From: an uncultured bacterium
Lineage (GTDB): Bacteria > Patescibacteriota > Saccharimonadia > UBA4664 > SCTI01
Direction: 5' to 3'
NCBI GenBank assembly: GCA_963721685.1
Contig: CAVRJJ010000005.1
Coordinates: 39,943 to 103,942 of the forward strand
DNA length: 64,000 bases
Both the position numbers and the translations under genes were made by a program. A model generated the notes under the pieces. It made no database searches. It saw nothing but the letters and a program-made list of their open reading frames with translations, and had not been told where the DNA came from. Positions 19,701 through 27,547 of this stretch are shown here, one piece after another (within the stretch, counting starts at the first letter, position 1; the number at the start of each line of letters is the position of its first letter).

Positions 19701-19981
19701 GCGGTCTGGCCGCCAAAGCCCAAGAAAACCATGTCGGGCTTTTCTTTTTCCAAAATCTTGGTTACGGTTTCCACGTCAAGCGACTCAAAATATACCCGAT
19801 CAGCCATATCGCCGTCGGTCTGGACCGTCGCGATATTAGGATTGATGAGAACGGTTGCAATACCTTCTTCTTTAAGGGCTTTAATGGCCTGGGAGCCGGA
19901 ATAATCAAACTCCCCCGCCTGGCCGATACGCAGGCCTCCCGACCCGAAGATTACCGCTTTTTCAGTGGTTGTCCGCTTCAT
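16772..19981 (-). CDS. carB: Carbamoyl-phosphate synthase large subunit
   Basis: 1069 aa, duplicated ATP-grasp domains, MGS-like C-terminus. Confidence 0.95.
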   Translation of the reverse strand: MKRTTTEKAVIFGSGGLRIGQAGEFDYSGSQAIKALKEEGIATVLINPNIATVQTDGDMADRVYFESLDVETVTKILEKEKPDMVFLGFGGQTALNLGLELYDKGVFKRLGITVPGTSLETIKTTEDRQLFKAAMKEIGTQTARSAVAYSLKEALAAAKIIGYPVMLRAGYSLGGLGSGRVDNDKDLTRMANEALQAVPQLLIEEFLVGWKEVEYEVVRDSGGNTITVCNMENLDPMGIHTGESIVVAPSQTLTNEEYHRLREVAIRTINHLKIIGECNIQYALNPANGDYRVIEVNARLSRSSALASKATGYPLAYVASKLVLGKLLPDLTNAVTGTTSAFFEPALDYIAVKMPRWDLAKLKSSDHSIGSEMKSVGEVMALGRSFPEALQKAIRMLNIGAHGLTSHPYKLDDPESEINPATDRRLFAIYEAFKKGKSVEHIHKISNVDNWFLRHLQDIQILEEDIREQPLSKSLLERAKKAGFADRVIANLKDESEAAIRQRRLKEGIRPVIKQIDTLAGEFEASTNYLYTTYHGDRDDVEPVGNKTVIVMGSGPYCIGSSVEFDWCAVNTAKTLQAHGRQTIMVNSNPETVSTDFDRSNRLYFEELTFERMSDIADFEHPDGIVVSVGGQIANNLALPLAKAGYPILGTPPDQIDRAEDRQKFSSMLNKLGVDQPTWEEVSTFQKANAFAQKVGYPVIIRPSYVLSGGAMNVVSTEKELAFYLTEAATLSPDHPVVISHFIANSKEIEIDGVAKDGHLQIYAISEHIENAGVHSGDATVVFPAQRLYLETVRRAKLITKQIISNLNITGPFNVQFIAKDNDLKVIECNVRASRSFPFVSKVTGHNFIAIATESILGIESTTDYQTLEYDYVGVKSPQFSYNRLKGADPVAGVEMASTGEVACFGDNLQEAFYRSWLATEQRVKTKTLFLSLPDQHKYKFIEEAADLLKQGWKIYATPGTHDYLKAGGVETTKLHKIVEKIEPSIITSIAKQQIGLMISIPSSSRDSNDAYTIRRLAIDSHIPLITNAETGRLLLRCLGDPKVMQREPKAWQDFLGKTQNHSLTEEKV

Positions 19982-21123
19982 AAGTTTTTAAAAAACTTTC
20001 CGAATAACCAAGCCGTGTCGGTTGGACCGGGGCAAGCCTCAGGATGAAATTGCACCGAGAAAAATGGCTTGGTTGCATGTTCTATGCCTTCCACCGACTG
20101 GTCGTTAAGGTTGCGGAACAGTACTTTCCAGCCATTGGGCAGCGATGCCTCTTCAATTGAGTAACCATGATTCTGGCTGGTTATATAACAGCGTTTACTG
20201 CCAAGTTCCATACATGGCTGGTTATGTCCGCGGTGGCCATAAGGAAGCTTATAGGTTTTGGCGCCCGCCGCTAAGGCCATGATTTGGGTACCAAGGCAGA
20301 TACCGAAAACAGGCTTATTCGTAGCCAGCGCTTTGCGCGCAATGGCAATCGTTTGCTGGTAGTCGGTGGGGTCACCCGGGCCGTTAGAAAACACCACGCC
20401 GTCATAGTTTTCGTTGGAGTAGTCGTAGTTATGGGGAACCCGCCGCACTCCGACCGGCAACTTCAACAAAGAATCCAGAATATTACCTTTTGCCCCGCAA
20501 TCCACCAGGATTACCTTCTTGGTTTGCTCTTGGTTGTAGTCGCGGGGTTTATCAATAGAAACAAACTTAGGCTCCATTTGCAGCTTCTTGGCGTCAACCG
20601 GCTCGGCGCTAATAGCGCCAACCATCGTGCCAACCTCACGCAAATGCTTGGTGAGGGCTCGGGTATCGACACCGGTTAAAATCGGGATGCCCTGTGACTG
20701 CAACCAAGCCAAAAAAGAGCTTTGGGAACCACTATGGCTGCCTAACAGCGCAACCCCGCTGACCACTACCCCGCTGACTTGGATTTTGTCGGACTCAGCA
20801 TCATCCGGTTGCACGCCATAGTTGCCAATCATCGGATAAGTAAATACCAGTATTTGGTTGGCGTAGGAAGGGTCAGTTAAGGATTCAACATAGCCGGTCA
20901 TACCGGTGTTAAAGACCACCTCGCCAATGTATTGGCCGGTTTGCCGGTCCGGCGCTAAACCTTCGAAAACCGCGCCGTCACTTAAGCGCAATTGCATGGG
21001 CCGGTTTACAAGAAAATCGCCCCTTTCGGAGCGACTTCCGCGCTGTTGCAAACTGTCTTTAAGCTGCAATCCCTGGTCCATATGCATCTGTTTGAATGTA
21101 CCAAAACGCTGCGTAAAACGCAA
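19978..21123 (-). CDS. carA: Carbamoyl-phosphate synthase small (glutamine amidotransferase) subunit
   Basis: GICLGTQIMALAAG catalytic Cys region and HGYSIE; ATGA overlap with carB. Confidence 0.9.
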   Translation of the reverse strand: MRFTQRFGTFKQMHMDQGLQLKDSLQQRGSRSERGDFLVNRPMQLRLSDGAVFEGLAPDRQTGQYIGEVVFNTGMTGYVESLTDPSYANQILVFTYPMIGNYGVQPDDAESDKIQVSGVVVSGVALLGSHSGSQSSFLAWLQSQGIPILTGVDTRALTKHLREVGTMVGAISAEPVDAKKLQMEPKFVSIDKPRDYNQEQTKKVILVDCGAKGNILDSLLKLPVGVRRVPHNYDYSNENYDGVVFSNGPGDPTDYQQTIAIARKALATNKPVFGICLGTQIMALAAGAKTYKLPYGHRGHNQPCMELGSKRCYITSQNHGYSIEEASLPNGWKVLFRNLNDQSVEGIEHATKPFFSVQFHPEACPGPTDTAWLFGKFFKNL

Positions 21124-21155
21124 GGCCGCTTACGCATGCTTTATAATGAAGCCCT

Positions 21156-22208
21156 ATGAGCACCAACATCACCCTTCCCGGCTTGATCGACCCCCACGTG
21201 CACTTGCGCGACCCCGGCCAAACGCATAAGGAAGACTTCTTGAGCGGTACCTCCGCGGCACTGGCCGGCGGCTTCACCACGGTGTTGGACATGCCTAATA
21301 ATGCAGAGCCAATTACCACTCTGGAGCGGCTGGCAGCTAAGATTAACGCTGCCCAAAGCCAGATTGTGGGCGATATTGGTTTCCATTTTGGCACGCTGGG
21401 CGATAATTTTGATGAATTTCCAAATATAATTGGTAAGGTTAAAGGCCTTAAGGTCTATTTAAATGTCACCACTGGCGGCTTTGTTATTGATAAGGCTAAA
21501 CTGCTGGACATATACAAAGCCTGGCCCAGCAATAAGCCCATTTTACTCCACGCCGAAGACGATGTTTCCGACTTGGTATGGGACGCGCTTAAGTCCACTC
21601 GCAAGCCCACCCATATTTGCCATGTCTCGAGCCAAGCCGAGTTAGAGCTGGTCATACGGGCAAAAGAGGCCGGCCTGCCCATGAGTTGCGGGGTGACGCC
21701 CCACCACCTCTTTTTAACCGATAAAGACGCTGAGCGGCTCGGTGCCTACGGCCATATGAAGCCCTATTTAAAACCGCGGGCTGATCAGGATTTTCTCTGG
21801 AAGCATCTTGACGCCATTGACCTGATCGAATCAGACCACGCTCCTCATACCGTGGCTGAAAAGCAAGGTGAGAATCCTCCTTTTGGCGTACCCGGCCTTG
21901 AAACCGCCCTGCCTCTCATGCTTACCGCCGAGGCAGAAGGCAAATTGACGCGATCCCAACTTATTGACCGAATGCATCATAACGCCGCCCGCATTTTCAA
22001 TATCGAGACCGACAAATCGACTTCTATTGATGTTAATATGGATGAATACGAAATTACCAATGATGGACTCCAGACCAAAGCCGGTTGGACACCGTTTAGC
22101 GGCAGGCGCGTTTTGGGCAAAGTAGTTCGAGTTAACCTACGAGGCCAAACTGTGTATGAAAATGGCAAAGTCCTAGCTTCGCCCGGCAGCGCTCAGATTC
22201 TTGCCTAA
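21156..22208 (+). CDS. pyrC: Dihydroorotase (amidohydrolase superfamily)
   Basis: IDPHVHLRDPG metal-binding motif; divergent from carA. Confidence 0.8.
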   Translation: MSTNITLPGLIDPHVHLRDPGQTHKEDFLSGTSAALAGGFTTVLDMPNNAEPITTLERLAAKINAAQSQIVGDIGFHFGTLGDNFDEFPNIIGKVKGLKVYLNVTTGGFVIDKAKLLDIYKAWPSNKPILLHAEDDVSDLVWDALKSTRKPTHICHVSSQAELELVIRAKEAGLPMSCGVTPHHLFLTDKDAERLGAYGHMKPYLKPRADQDFLWKHLDAIDLIESDHAPHTVAEKQGENPPFGVPGLETALPLMLTAEAEGKLTRSQLIDRMHHNAARIFNIETDKSTSIDVNMDEYEITNDGLQTKAGWTPFSGRRVLGKVVRVNLRGQTVYENGKVLASPGSAQILA

Positions 22209-22212
22209 GCCG

Positions 22213-23097
22213 CTATTGGTATAAACTGAGGCTAATGCAGCGGAAGCCGCCGCCGCTTTTACAAAGCTGGTGGTTAGGTAGCGCCAGCACATTAAGACCA
22301 TGCGAACGAAGATCGGCGCTTAACTGGGGGGCACGGTCGGACATAATTACCGTTTCTCCGGTACTGACCAGGTTACAGGCTAAGCCATACTTGGCTTCAC
22401 CTTGATTAACCGGAATAATTTCAACGTCTTTGAGGCCATGAATAGCGGCCTTGCCTTCACTGGTCAGCGCGTCAAAACACACCACTATCAGATTGGGGCT
22501 GATAATTCCAATGGCGATATCAAGGTCATAAAAATAAGAGTCCCACAGGCCGGTAACCTTGTTGCGTACCGGCGGCCCAAAACCGCCGAACCGGCGCTTA
22601 GGTTTAGCGCGCACTACGATCGGCTCCAAACCCAGCCAGTCGCGGACCTCCCTCGCCACGGCCGCGTCAGAACGATAGCCGTCACCCATCAGTACACGGT
22701 TCCCGCCAATAATAAGGGCGTCCCCTTGCCCGCTGAACAATTTTGTTGCGCGGCGGGTTTCAAAGCCGAGTTTTTGCAGCGCGGCTTCGGCATAGGGCTC
22801 CTCGGGTTGCCGCAGGTTAGGGAGCCGTGACAGCAAAACCCTTCCCTTCCATGCAAGCCCCCAATTAGCGGTAAAGACGCCATCTTGGCAACCCTCAGGA
22901 CTGACAATCTGTTCAACCTGAATTCCAGCTTGCTTGTAGGCGGTAATGGCCGCCTCATGCTCGGCTATGCTCGCTGCGAGATCAGGCAGGTCGCCGGTGT
23001 CTTCATAGGCGTTAATACCCTTCGGTTCCAGATAACGAGCATCGCTTACCAAGATGCGCTGGTTAAGTTGGATTTTAAAAGAAGCCATTATATTCAT
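22213..23097 (-). CDS. Amidinotransferase-superfamily enzyme (DDAH / arginine-deiminase-like)
   Basis: C-terminal KSGGGFRCISL catalytic Cys motif; start placed at MNIMASF (alternatives 23088 or 23133). Confidence 0.5.
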   Translation of the reverse strand: MNIMASFKIQLNQRILVSDARYLEPKGINAYEDTGDLPDLAASIAEHEAAITAYKQAGIQVEQIVSPEGCQDGVFTANWGLAWKGRVLLSRLPNLRQPEEPYAEAALQKLGFETRRATKLFSGQGDALIIGGNRVLMGDGYRSDAAVAREVRDWLGLEPIVVRAKPKRRFGGFGPPVRNKVTGLWDSYFYDLDIAIGIISPNLIVVCFDALTSEGKAAIHGLKDVEIIPVNQGEAKYGLACNLVSTGETVIMSDRAPQLSADLRSHGLNVLALPNHQLCKSGGGFRCISLSLYQ

Positions 23098-23123
23098 TAT
23101 ACGCCCGCAACGTTTTGCTGCGA

Positions 23124-23216
23124 ATCTGCACAAATCTGCATCAAATCTGCATCAAATCTGCATCAAATCTGCATCAAATCTGCATCAAATCTGCATCAAA
23201 TCTGCATCAAATCTGC
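23124..23216. repeat. Tandem repeat, 11-bp unit tcaaatctgca, about 7 perfect plus 2 degenerate copies
   Basis: cgaatctgca caaatctgca then (tcaaatctgca)x7; intergenic between divergent genes. Confidence 0.9.
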
Positions 23217-23254
23217 CCACAATAGAAAATAGCTGGCAACAAATATTGTGCGAC

Positions 23255-23286
23255 ATTGACAGTCCTTCACAGAAGCGGTGTACAAT
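23255..23286 (+). promoter_or_regulatory. Sigma70-like promoter for the xerC-like gene (TTGACA-N19-TACAAT)
   Basis: cattgacagtccttcacagaagcggtgtacaatacgg directly upstream of start codon. Confidence 0.5.
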
Positions 23287-24219
23287 ACGGTTATGAGCAT
23301 AAGCAGTACGCCCCTATCCGACTTGGTAACCGATTACCTTGAGTATTTAGAGATTGAACAAAACCGTTCGCAAAAAACAATCGCTAACTACGACCGCTAC
23401 TTGCAGCGGCTGGTAGCGTTCAGTGAAGACGCGTCAATAAAAGACCTCACCGCGGACCTCGTGCGAAAGTGGCGGGTCTGGCTGAACCGCCTTACCGACA
23501 ACAACGGCGACCCAATTGGCAAATCAACCCAAAACTACCATTTAATAGCCCTGCGCAGTTTCTTAAAGTACCTGGCCAAGCGCGACATCGAGGCACTCAC
23601 CAGCGATAAGATTGAATTGGCCAACGTTAAACGTCCCCAGGTTACCTTTTTAGAAGTTGAAGAGGTTAAGCGCTTGATGGAAATTATCAATATCGAAACG
23701 CCGGTCGGTTTGCGCGACCGTGCCATCATTGAGCTGCTGTTTTCCGGCGGTTTGCGGGTAAGCGAACTGGTTAGCCTTAACCGCGACCATATCAACCTTG
23801 ACCGCCGCGAGTTTAGTATTCGGGGTAAGGGCCAGAAAGATCGGCTGATTTTTATTTCACCGGAAGCGGCGCTATGGATTGAACGTTACTTGGCGAGCCG
23901 GCCGGACAACTTTAAGCCGCTATTCATACACTACGGTGGCAGCCAGGACAAACTTGATGACGGCGCATATACCCGCCTCACTGCCCGCAGCGTCCAGCGG
24001 CTGGTTGGCCGCTACGCCAAGCTGGCAGGGATTACCAAACACGTCACGCCGCACACGCTGCGCCACTCCTTCGCGACCGATTTGCTGTCCAACGGGGCCG
24101 ATCTGCGCAGCGTCCAGGGCTTATTGGGTCACGCCAATGTCTCTACCACCCAAATTTATACTCATTTAACCGATCCCCAGCTGCGCAAGGTTCACGAGCA
24201 GTTTCACCGTAAGAACTAA
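23278..24219 (+). CDS. Tyrosine site-specific recombinase, XerC/XerD-like
   Basis: HTLRHSFATDLL...LLGHANVSTTQIYTH catalytic R-H-R-Y region. Confidence 0.8.
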   Translation: MYNTVMSISSTPLSDLVTDYLEYLEIEQNRSQKTIANYDRYLQRLVAFSEDASIKDLTADLVRKWRVWLNRLTDNNGDPIGKSTQNYHLIALRSFLKYLAKRDIEALTSDKIELANVKRPQVTFLEVEEVKRLMEIINIETPVGLRDRAIIELLFSGGLRVSELVSLNRDHINLDRREFSIRGKGQKDRLIFISPEAALWIERYLASRPDNFKPLFIHYGGSQDKLDDGAYTRLTARSVQRLVGRYAKLAGITKHVTPHTLRHSFATDLLSNGADLRSVQGLLGHANVSTTQIYTHLTDPQLRKVHEQFHRKN

Positions 24220-24222
24220 GCG

Positions 24223-25323
24223 CTAATCAAGCCTACACTCCGGAGGCACACTGCTGGGAATCAAGCCTTCTCCGCTGATCGTGTTGAATAAGGTAAATTC
24301 TTTACAAACTCGGTCATCGCCAAAGACCGCTTCGCCGCCGTCTACCGGCTTAGGCACTAAGCTTACTTCCTGCTCTATGCGGCGGTAGGAGCTTCCCACC
24401 CGAGCCGTCACATCAATAATGGTCCGGTCCAGCGCCACATCCACTGGTTTACCAATCCCATCAACAATCTTCATGGTGTATTGCATAGCGCTGAAGTAGG
24501 GTCGCAAGCGCAACACCGTACGCTTGCCCGGGCCACTGGTAGGCATAAAGTTATAAATGGTAGCCGTGCAGCGATAGACCGGCGCGGTGGTACAACGCAC
24601 CTTCACCCGCCCCCCCTCCGCCCCGCCCAATGCCACATCGTTACAGGTTTGGAAATCGATATTAGGGGCTAAACATTCGGACGACCCGCTAATAATCGGT
24701 GCCAGATACAGCGACTTAAGTTTGATATTGGAAGGCGCGATATTGGTAGGCGCGCCGGTATTATCATAATCAATGCGAGTGATTTCCAGGAATGGAGGGG
24801 CGGGTGCGGCCTGTTGAAGATCCACAAACGAAGTAGCGGGACTTTCGCTGGTAAGGTCCTGGTTGTCCCATTGGAGTTCTATATAACTAAACTGTTTTTG
24901 GCTTAAATCATAGTGGGCGGTGTCGCCAACATTAAGGGTGCTATCAATAAAACTGCTGGCGGTACGCACTCGACGGCAGGTAATGTTATTATTGGCAATA
25001 AAACCAGTACCGCCTGGAGCGCCAAAGTTATTTAGAACCCCATCCGCACCTCCGGTTTTATCGCAGTTTTGCTGGACATTAGCCGCGAGCAGCGCCGTGG
25101 AACTACCGGGGTTGGCGGCAATTAACTGGCGTAAAGCCAAAATAGCTTCCTCAATTCCCCCTTCTGCCTCATAATACGCTTCAATATTGTTTTCCAGGTC
25201 AATCGCGTGACGTAACTCGCCCGTCATCAGCCGTGTAATGGAAATAGTTAAAATGAGGATGAGGATAGCAATAAAGCCCACTGAAATAATGGAAGCGCCG
25301 CCGGATTCTGATAACCTTTTCAT
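24223..25323 (-). CDS. PilX-like minor pilin / pilus-associated membrane-anchored protein
   Basis: N-terminal hydrophobic anchor (SIISVGFIAILILIL), Cys-rich extracellular domain; last gene of the pilin operon. Confidence 0.4.
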   Translation of the reverse strand: MKRLSESGGASIISVGFIAILILILTISITRLMTGELRHAIDLENNIEAYYEAEGGIEEAILALRQLIAANPGSSTALLAANVQQNCDKTGGADGVLNNFGAPGGTGFIANNNITCRRVRTASSFIDSTLNVGDTAHYDLSQKQFSYIELQWDNQDLTSESPATSFVDLQQAAPAPPFLEITRIDYDNTGAPTNIAPSNIKLKSLYLAPIISGSSECLAPNIDFQTCNDVALGGAEGGRVKVRCTTAPVYRCTATIYNFMPTSGPGKRTVLRLRPYFSAMQYTMKIVDGIGKPVDVALDRTIIDVTARVGSSYRRIEQEVSLVPKPVDGGEAVFGDDRVCKEFTLFNTISGEGLIPSSVPPECRLD

Positions 25324-26013
25324 TTAATGGTCCCCTGAAATAAGTGAGCGCGCCTGCACACCGCTGGTAATCGATGTCATTGAGCAAAACGACTCGCCCT
25401 CGTCGCACATCGGCCCCGTAGTGTCGGGATTATCGGGGTCGAAGGGGACAGGAGGGTTCACCAGCTCGTTTGCCAGCGCTCGGCGGGAAGCGATTCGTAG
25501 GTGAAAATTGAGCATGGAGTTAAGAGTGACAGGTGCCACAATGCTAGCGGCCGAGGGCTCAAAAAGCGCCACTGACACCTCATTGGAGGTAAGGTCTTGA
25601 CCAGGACCATAGGCAACATTAGCTGGGTTGCATTGGGTGCTACCATCTAAAGCCAGCAGCGCGTTGGCCGCGTGACGCTTAACTAGCCGACTATCCAAAG
25701 GCGGGGTACCTTCAACCGTATACATGTCACTGGGCACTTGAATAAAGGTGTTTACCCGGGAAGCCGAGTAAAACAAGCATATTGAGTTGGTTCCCGCTAC
25801 AACATAGGAAGCGTTACGGGTTGCCCGGGTAATTTCCTCGGTTATTAAGCGGGCTTGTTGCTGAGTGTCACGAATGCCGACGCTGGCCCGGTAAATCCGG
25901 TAAAGGCCGTTTAAACTACCAAGGATAACAAGCATGACAAAGGTGAAAATTGCCATAGCTAACAGGACCTCCACCAAGGTATACCCTTTTTGACTTCTGA
26001 GCTTTACGAACAT
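25324..26013 (-). CDS. Type IV pilin-like minor pilin (PilW-like)
   Basis: Class III signal: KGYTLVEVLLAMAIFTFV. Confidence 0.55.
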   Translation of the reverse strand: MFVKLRSQKGYTLVEVLLAMAIFTFVMLVILGSLNGLYRIYRASVGIRDTQQQARLITEEITRATRNASYVVAGTNSICLFYSASRVNTFIQVPSDMYTVEGTPPLDSRLVKRHAANALLALDGSTQCNPANVAYGPGQDLTSNEVSVALFEPSAASIVAPVTLNSMLNFHLRIASRRALANELVNPPVPFDPDNPDTTGPMCDEGESFCSMTSITSGVQARSLISGDH

Positions 26014-26546
26014 TTCTCCACCTCGTCACAGTCAATCAAGGAACGGTCGGCCCGGCGGTCTACAAGGGTGGTATTGACCACAGCGGTTTCATCGCCTGTA
26101 CCGCCTACCCTTGTCCAGTTAACGGTGATGGTGTACCTCCTACCCTCACTTCCAGCGGTAGCGGGAAAATCGGTACCTACCCCGGCCGAGGATACGCTCA
26201 GGCGGTAGCGCCCGGAGACCCCAACGTTGCACCCTCCGGGCGGGGCGGCGCAGGCAGCCGGAGAAAACCCGGCGGGAGTTCTAACCACCCTGAAATTAGC
26301 AAAAGAGCCCGTGGGCACAACCGGATCTGGAGCGCTATTGGTAATATTTTGATCGCGCCAGGCACGCAGCATCTCTGCCTGTTCCTGAGCCAGGTTTGCC
26401 GCTTCAATCCGCTCACGCGACTGCACGCCAATGCGATAACTGTTGTTTGCCACGTTAAAAGCGCTCACCAGCGTTACTGAAATAATTGCGATAGAAAAAA
26501 CCACCTCTACCAACGTGTCCCCTGCCTGGTGGCGGATTGTTTTCAT
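26004..26546 (-). CDS. Type IV pilin-like minor pilin (PilV-like)
   Basis: AGDTLVEVVFSIAIISV prepilin-type N-terminus; overlaps neighbour by 10 nt. Confidence 0.55.
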   Translation of the reverse strand: MKTIRHQAGDTLVEVVFSIAIISVTLVSAFNVANNSYRIGVQSRERIEAANLAQEQAEMLRAWRDQNITNSAPDPVVPTGSFANFRVVRTPAGFSPAACAAPPGGCNVGVSGRYRLSVSSAGVGTDFPATAGSEGRRYTITVNWTRVGGTGDETAVVNTTLVDRRADRSLIDCDEVEKCS

Positions 26547-26962
26547 TAATCAAATCTCTTGGTTACGGTTTGGCGGGGGGAGTTGATATTGATATACCCG
26601 ACATTAGGCTGGCCTGGCACTCGGAATGCAAAGTCTACACCATTCACCGCGTCGGTGGTAAAATCGGGGGTTCGATAGCTGGCGGGGTCCAGCACATCAC
26701 ACGTCCCGGTTACGCAAGCCTCCGGCAAAAAGGCAGCGGCGTAGGCAGCCGGAACAAGACTAAGCAGCTGATTTTGTAGCGCAGATGGCAATTCAGCGGC
26801 AGCCGATTTGGGAGCAACCGAACCACCGGTTAACATAGCAGCTCCGCTGGACAGGCTAAAACCAATCGCGTATGAGCCAACCAGCGCGAGCGGCACAAGT
26901 AGGATGGCACGTTTAGGGGTGGCTATAAGAAACTGTAAACTTTTTCTTAAACTAATAGTCAT
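26546..26962 (-). CDS. Secreted hypothetical protein (pilus operon)
   Basis: Signal peptide; 1-nt overlaps with both neighbours. Confidence 0.4.
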   Translation of the reverse strand: MTISLRKSLQFLIATPKRAILLVPLALVGSYAIGFSLSSGAAMLTGGSVAPKSAAAELPSALQNQLLSLVPAAYAAAFLPEACVTGTCDVLDPASYRTPDFTTDAVNGVDFAFRVPGQPNVGYININSPRQTVTKRFD

Positions 26963-27525
26963 TATAATTTCTCCAACGCTTCCTTTAGCAGTAACTGGGA
27001 TTTACCATCATCAAATGTGCCCCCGCTTGTAACCGCAGCGCTTACCACATACTTGCCCTTTTGTCCTACCACCGATTGCCGGGGCTGCACGCTCGACGAT
27101 CTACCGTCTGGAGACGGCACTGTCACTTGGGTCTGAGCACTGGCCTTACCGTCCGAAGCCTTCTTGTCGTCTGGATACTGGTACAAAATGAGACTGGCTT
27201 TTGTGTTGCCCGCGGTGTATTCACATTGACTAGAACTGTACGAAGCGGTAGTGAAAACGGTAAATTTGCTGTTTTTAACTACATTCGAGCCGATTACGCC
27301 CGAAACCACCTTGTCGTCTACCAGCCGACACGCCATCTTATATTTGGGCGCCGCTGGAGCCGCAGGATGTACGCCCATCACGGCAGAGCCAGATGCAGAC
27401 TTTTTAGCAGGTGTGTCGCTTAAACCATACTTGATCCACACGAAAATCACGAGGGCCACAGCCACTGCCACGATTACACCAACCAGACTAACTACTATTA
27501 GCACCGCGCGCTTACTCCCTAACAT
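26962..27525 (-). CDS. Membrane-anchored hypothetical protein (pilus operon)
   Basis: Single N-terminal TM, Ser/Lys-rich extracellular part. Confidence 0.4.
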   Translation of the reverse strand: MLGSKRAVLIVVSLVGVIVAVAVALVIFVWIKYGLSDTPAKKSASGSAVMGVHPAAPAAPKYKMACRLVDDKVVSGVIGSNVVKNSKFTVFTTASYSSSQCEYTAGNTKASLILYQYPDDKKASDGKASAQTQVTVPSPDGRSSSVQPRQSVVGQKGKYVVSAAVTSGGTFDDGKSQLLLKEALEKL

Positions 27526-27547
27526 CTTGCCTCCTTATGGCCATAAG

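Noticed and set aside
16916-20047. Numerous plus-strand ORFs inside carB and carA (for example 19595..20047, 19563..19904)
   Set aside because: Antisense shadow ORFs within a strongly conserved minus-strand gene.
23124-23216. Possible CRISPR array
   Set aside because: The unit is only 11 bp, with no spacers and no cas genes nearby. It is a simple tandem repeat.
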